This document shows positions 58,900 to 64,000 of a stretch of DNA of 64,000 nt, in pieces; the stretch's first letter is position 1, and each line of letters opens with the position of its first letter. The notes under the pieces are model-generated. The model saw nothing but the letters and a program-made list of their open reading frames with translations, was not told the DNA's origin and made no database searches. Made by a program: the position numbers and the translations under genes. Origin of the DNA: Protoeuglena noctilucae (taxonomy: Eukaryota); NCBI GenBank assembly GCA_958009085.1, contig OY253677.1:434001-498000 (forward strand), given 5' to 3'.

Positions 58900-61401
58900 A
58901 TGGCGCAGCACAGCGAGGACGCGCGGCGCATGGCGCTAGAAGTCCACCAGGTGACGTCGCGCGCGAGCGCCTTGGCAATCATGGTATGTAGAGAACGTGT
59001 AGATTGCCATAATGCATCCCGGCTGGCTGGCTCGATCGTGTACGGCGCGCGTTCACTTGTTCATGCACGTCCGGCGCGCAGCTGTCCCGCCGCGTCGACG
59101 AGACGAGCTTTGCGGACTCCAAGTACCTCGAGAGTGTCGAGAATCAGATCAGGGAGATCAAGCGCATCGGCGAAGATGCAACGACGATCCAGGCGCTGCA
59201 CGGCCTGGTGGTGGTGCAGTCCAAGGCGAGAGCGCGCGCCCCTGCCCGCCTGTAGCCCTGGTGGGTCGCTCGAACGTTGCGACACCACCGTATTGCATCC
59301 CCGCAGATGACTCGCGGGGCGATGAACTTCGCGACGCGGGTCCTGGGCAAGGGTCGTGGCCCGGAGGACTTTGTCCAGTCGATGCGCGCCGTGTATAGAA
59401 GGCGAGCGGCTGTTGCCTATTCACCTAGCGACTATCTTCATCGCATATTGCTTTTCGGTATCTACAGCGGTCCCAGCAGCCGCACAGATGCTCTGCGTGT
59501 ATGGCCACGTTGTCTCGTGCTTTTGCGAAACCTCGACTCTCCCTTTGCTGCCTCAGGACCGGCGCCCGCGGCGACTTCGGCCCTGACGACTTCGACTGGG
59601 ACAAGCTGTGCCGTGAAGTGCGGGGCATGGGGATGTTCCGGCCCGTCGCCACGTCCTCGCACCTGCTGGGGGCCCTGCACGTGCAGGTGAGGGCATTATG
59701 ATGGGCAGCGACAGGTGATGATGATATGAGTGGAAGCGTCACCTCATATCCTCGCACCTGGTGGTAAGCAAATGGCAGGGAGTGGCGGAGGGCTACCTGT
59801 AGCGATAGGACGTGCCGTACTCGGTGGCTGCGTGTGGTGTCACGTGAGGCGTCGTAGCGGCCTCGTCATGGAGCTAGCATTTTGCAGCGCGAGATGCCGA
59901 CTCTGCCGTTTCTGGCGCGTCTCTGGCGCAGGAGAAGATCAAGAAGCCCAAGGAGAGGGTGGCTGCTCAGAGGGTTGAGGTGCCGGACGCGCCCGTGGTG
60001 AACCCGGAGCTGGTGCAGGGGGAGGTGGAGGAGAGGGACAGGGCAGAGACGAACGCGTGAGAGCAGTACATGGGAACGGGTTGCATTAGAACTGGGCGCA
60101 TGACAAAGGCAGGAACAAATGCACGTGACTGTGTGGGGTGTGTCTACCCTGTCAGGTTTGGCTGATCATGCATGCAAGCCTCTGCCCCTTCCGTCTACCT
60201 ACGCCCCGCCATGCCCATGCCCGCTCCCTCCCTCTCCGCAGCAACATGGTGACGATGTTTGAGCGGTTGAAAGACCGAGAGAGGGGCGGCCTCCGCACGC
60301 GTATGGTGGACTTGGTCATGAACATGCAGTCGTTCGCTCAGTTCGTGGAAAACCTCTTTGCGCTCTCCTTCCTCGTCAAGGATGGGCGCGTGAGGTGAGA
60401 TGGGACGCGAGTGGCGGGGTGTATGCATCAGGTGAGGATGGGGTGCATGGGGAAGGTGAGATGGGGTGCGTGCGAGTGGTGGAGGGGGTGCGTGAGGTGA
60501 GATGGGGTGCGTGCGAGTGGTGGAGGGGGTGCGTGAGGTGAGGATGGGGTGCATGCGAGTGGTGAGATGGGGTGCATGCGAGTCACGGGCGGGGGTGTGC
60601 GTGACACGGTAACAGGAGCGTGTGTGTCAGTGACGGTGCTGGGCTAGTGCTAGCAGTCATTCCCAGCGCGTGGAAGTGTGTGAGACGCATACCCACATCC
60701 ACTGCCGGCGTTGCGACCCTGCGTCGTGATTGCTCCTCGCCTGGCCCCCCAGGCTAGACCCGGACGCGGAGCTGGGCGTGATGGCAGGCAGCGTGTCTCG
60801 ACAGGAGAAGGCGGCCAATGAGGCCCTGCCCAGCAAACAGATCGTGGTGTCCTACACCATGGCCGACTGGGAGAGGCTCAAGGCGGGAGTTGAGGTGAAG
60901 AGCGATTGTATTGCTTGTTACTGGCATTACTTACGAACACTAGTATGTTACTCACCTGTGCGGCAGGGAGGACGCCTCGCCAGAGCACGAATCGCCACAA
61001 AGCACGTTCTCCTCCCACGCAACACGCACCACGCCATGACACCCCCCTCCATCCCGTCTCGCTCGCAGGAGTGCGTGATGCCGCACAGGGAGGAGGAGCA
61101 CGATGCCGCGACGCCCCCAGTTACTCACAACCCACGCGCCGCCACTGGGCGAAGGGGCGGCCGCGTGGGCGATGATGCGGGTGCGGGTGCGGGCACGAGT
61201 GCGGGTGCGGGTCCGTCCGGTTTGAGATCGCAATACGACGATTCGGGCGCCGGGCCTTCCGGGGTGAACGGAGGGGCGGGTCCATCGGGGGTGGGGGGGC
61301 AAGAGGGGCGGGGGGTGGTGGGGCGGGGTCGGACACCCAGCAGGCATGCACAGGGGCGTGGATTGTTCGATGATGACGACTCGGATGTGGAGATGCTTTA
61401 G
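58900..61401 (+). CDS. NSE4: SMC5/6 complex kleisin subunit NSE4/EID3
   Basis: FDWDKL, HLLGAL, ETN, VMNMQSFAQFVENLFALSFLVKDGRV (Nse4 C-terminal motif), YTMADW, CVMPHR. GC donors at 59226 and 59402. Confidence 0.88.
60388..60585 (+). repeat. Intronic minisatellite (about 41 bp and shorter units) repeating the NSE4 splice donor
   Basis: ggtgag(g)atggg recurs 6 times; gcgtgaggtgag at 60388, 60490 and 60531. Confidence 0.85.
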
Positions 61402-61689
61402 ATGGCGCACGCAAGCGCGGCACTCTGTCTCCAGCGTGCTGTGCTGGCGACGCGTACAACGTGCTGCGTGCCACGTTTGCTTCGTGCTTTGCGCACGCTT
61501 TTGAGACGAGAGTGTACCTATGCAATCATGGTTTCGAACTTCGTTGAACGTCTGTCGGAGAGCGGTGGTCTAAGGGGGGCTTCGGCGCGTGGCCCTATCA
61601 TCGACCCAGGCCCGAGCCCCGCCACCGCCCAGGCCCTGGCTGTAAGGCTACTATGAAACTATATTGGTCGCCGGAAAGACACAAGACGG

Positions 61690-61889
61690 NNNNNNNNNNN
61701 NNNNNNNNNNNNNNNNNNNNNNNNNNNNNNNNNNNNNNNNNNNNNNNNNNNNNNNNNNNNNNNNNNNNNNNNNNNNNNNNNNNNNNNNNNNNNNNNNNNN
61801 NNNNNNNNNNNNNNNNNNNNNNNNNNNNNNNNNNNNNNNNNNNNNNNNNNNNNNNNNNNNNNNNNNNNNNNNNNNNNNNNNNNNNNNNN
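61690..61889. other. Assembly gap (200 N)
   Basis: Run of exactly 200 N. Confidence 1.
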
Positions 61890-62053
61890 GGGGGTAGCAG
61901 TGGGGGTGGCAGCGAGGGTGGGGTAGAAGTGAGGGTGGCAGTGACGGTGGGGGTAGCAGTGAGGGTGGGGCTGGGAAGGCTGGCTACTGCAGTCGTTTCC
62001 ACATGTGGCTTAATTGGGACATCACCATTACTATCCTCACAACCACCCTTCCC

Positions 62054-63904
62054 TCACCTGTCCCTGTCGACCTGGCTCGGCTGGAACATCATCTCAATCG
62101 GTCCCCTGACTGTCGACACGAACAGGCGCTTCTGGGCCCGACGAGGGCTGGCGGTCGCCAGACGCTCGGGGAAGCCGGGGAAGCCACCGGGTGCCATGAC
62201 CATTGCACGGAAGCGGGGGTACTGCAATTGGGGGGGCAGGTGCGGGAGTGGTGAGTGGGGTGCGGGAGTGGTGAGTGGGGTGCGGGAGTGGTGAGTAGGG
62301 TGCGGGAGTGGTGGGTGGGGTGGCGGAAGTGCGGGTGGGCAAGCGGGCATGCATAGGGAAGGACTAACCATCTTCCTATCGATGTATCTGTCTCGACATC
62401 GCAACGCCGCTAGCATGCAACACGTCGCCTCACTTGTTCCGGCGTCACAGTCAAGTGCACCACGCGGGGCTTGCCAGACGAACTGCCACCCCCGTCCGAG
62501 TTGGGCTGCGAGGGAAGCGAGGGTTGTGATTACTGTCAGACTTACATGTTACAGTTATATGCAACCACGACAGTCATAGACTGGGATGCGGTCGTCATAC
62601 ATGCGACCGTGACCGTCACAACACCCCCCGTCACCCCCGTGCCCCCCTAATCCACACAACCACCCCCCCCTCACCCTCCCCCACCTCCGTGCCCGCCCCG
62701 CTCTCCTCCCCCCCTGCCCTCACCCCCACTACCACCCCACCCTTTCCCTCACCTCCATGCCCCCCTCATCCTCCCCACCCTCCCCCTCACCTCCGTGCCC
62801 GCCCCGTTCTCCTCCCCCCCCTCCTCGGCCCCCTTGCTCGACACCTTCCCCACCGGCCCCACCGCCCCCCGCCTCTGCGGCCGCCCCACCATCGCCGCCA
62901 CTTCGTGTTGCGTCCCGGCTGGGAGGATGAACTCCGTGAAGTCCTGACGGGACATGGGCACGTCCAGAACCACCTCACCGGCCTGGCCCTGGGCGCGGCA
63001 TGGATGAGAGGGGGAGTGAGCTGGGATGGCCGGCTGGCCCTGGGTACAGGGTTGATAAGGCAGGGCAGCTGAGCTCGAATAACTATGGCGGCAGTGACGG
63101 AAAGGTGGTCCTCACCTTGGAGTGGACGGCCTTGAGAAAGGCGTCAGCCACGGCGCCAGTGCACTGCATGAAACGGGAGCGGCAGGACGGCGACACGACC
63201 GCCTTGCCGTTGATCGTCACGGCCGGCAGCTTCTGCACCAGCTTGGCCAGGGGGAGCAGCTCCACGCGGCCCGCGGTCGCGTAGCACGGGCCGTCGCCAT
63301 CCTGTGATGGGAAACGGACAACAGTTGCGGTCGCGCAAGCCGCGTCTCCCGGCAGCGCAGTGACACGCTCCGCTCTGCATGCGCAGGACTGCAAAGCGAG
63401 CACTAGTTCGCGTAAATGACATGAAAACGGTGCGGTATGCATCATGCTAAGGGCCTGAGCTGCAGCTGCCAGGAGCGAGGGACGCACCGCAGGGATCAGC
63501 ACTGCGCTGCGGAGAACGGCCTTGCCAGGCAGTCCGGGGACGACTGCGGGCAAAAGCAATGAAGACTAAGTTAGTTGAATGATAAGTAACTTGTCGGACT
63601 GCCTTGCGAACAGGCCAGGTGAGCGCACCATCGCCACGCGTCGGCACGCACCCAGGATCTGGAGGACCTTGTACGTCCCGTCCGTGGCGACCACGACGTC
63701 GCCCGGCATCACGTTGACATCCATTCCCTCCATCGTTGCGCTCGGGCACGTCCAGGAAGGCGCCACGCCCGTGACCAAGCCCTGGAGCGCCTGCGACGGC
63801 AGCCAAGGCGCAGGCTCTGTGATCCGAACGTCCGTGTACCTCCGCGGGCACTCGCGAACAAAGAGCTTTACGATATAGGAGCACGCGCGAGGCTCCGCTT
63901 CCAT
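62054..63904 (-). CDS. Multi-exon hypothetical protein; 3' end probably in or beyond the gap
   Basis: Exon-like blocks from 63904 (MEAEPRACSYIVKLFV...PGDVVVATDGTYKVL), ~63550-63454, 63302-63116 (DGDGPCYATAGRVELL), ~62975-62890 (VVLDVPMSRQDFTEFIL), ~62225-62057 (YPRFRAMVMAPGGF...IEMMFQP). Confidence 0.55.
62239..62312. repeat. 20-bp tandem repeat (ggtgcgggagtggtgagtgg), about 3.5 copies, intronic
   Basis: Directly visible tandem array. Confidence 0.85.
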
Positions 63905-64000
63905 TCGCCGCTCGCCTTGAACTCGGTAATAACGTCGTGGCCCTCCGGAGGCCGCACGTGGTACCCCGCGCGGTCCTCCGAGAGCGAGAGCTGAACGAGG

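Noticed and set aside
4399..61401. Non-standard genetic code (TAR = Gln as in some ulvophytes) explaining the internal TAG
   Set aside because: TAA ends ORMDL exactly at the conserved GINKY and ends FTR. TAG ends the S1 protein, MPC2 and NSE4 at expected positions. The 28-kb giant CDS has no in-frame TAR.
1..64000. Transposons, viral inserts, rRNA or tRNA genes
   Set aside because: No transposase, RT, integrase or capsid motifs, terminal repeats or structural RNA signatures were recognised.

Overview
Eukaryotic, intron-rich, very GC-rich nuclear DNA, most likely a compact chlorophyte green alga (inferred from plastid-targeted FTR, plastid ribosomal protein S6 and a chloroplast S1 protein). 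It is a draft assembly with three placeholder gaps of exactly 200 N. I traced about 16 spliced genes by hand. Confident housekeeping genes are FTR catalytic chain, NAA20, SRRP1-like S1 protein, PRPS6, DRG1-type GTPase, MPC2-type carrier, SAE1, ORMDL and NSE4. Nearly half the window is one minus-strand gene (47216 to 16497) encoding a roughly 9,400-aa disordered/coiled-coil protein. It has a single exon of at least 14.9 kb, arrays of LC8-type TQT-like motifs, and two tandem copies of the ubiquitin C-terminal tail VLRLRGG. Other notable items: an MLKL/HeLo-like four-helix bundle fused to a parallel beta-helix with an in-frame TGA, next to an acylated BTB-like/ankyrin protein; an ASY3-like meiotic axis candidate with one in-frame TAG; about 10 GC-AG introns; tandem repeats seeded on splice donors and a stop codon; and an MPC2 lacking its conserved Asn. 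No rRNA, tRNA, CRISPR or transposon was recognised. All family calls come from motif recognition by eye, not database searches.
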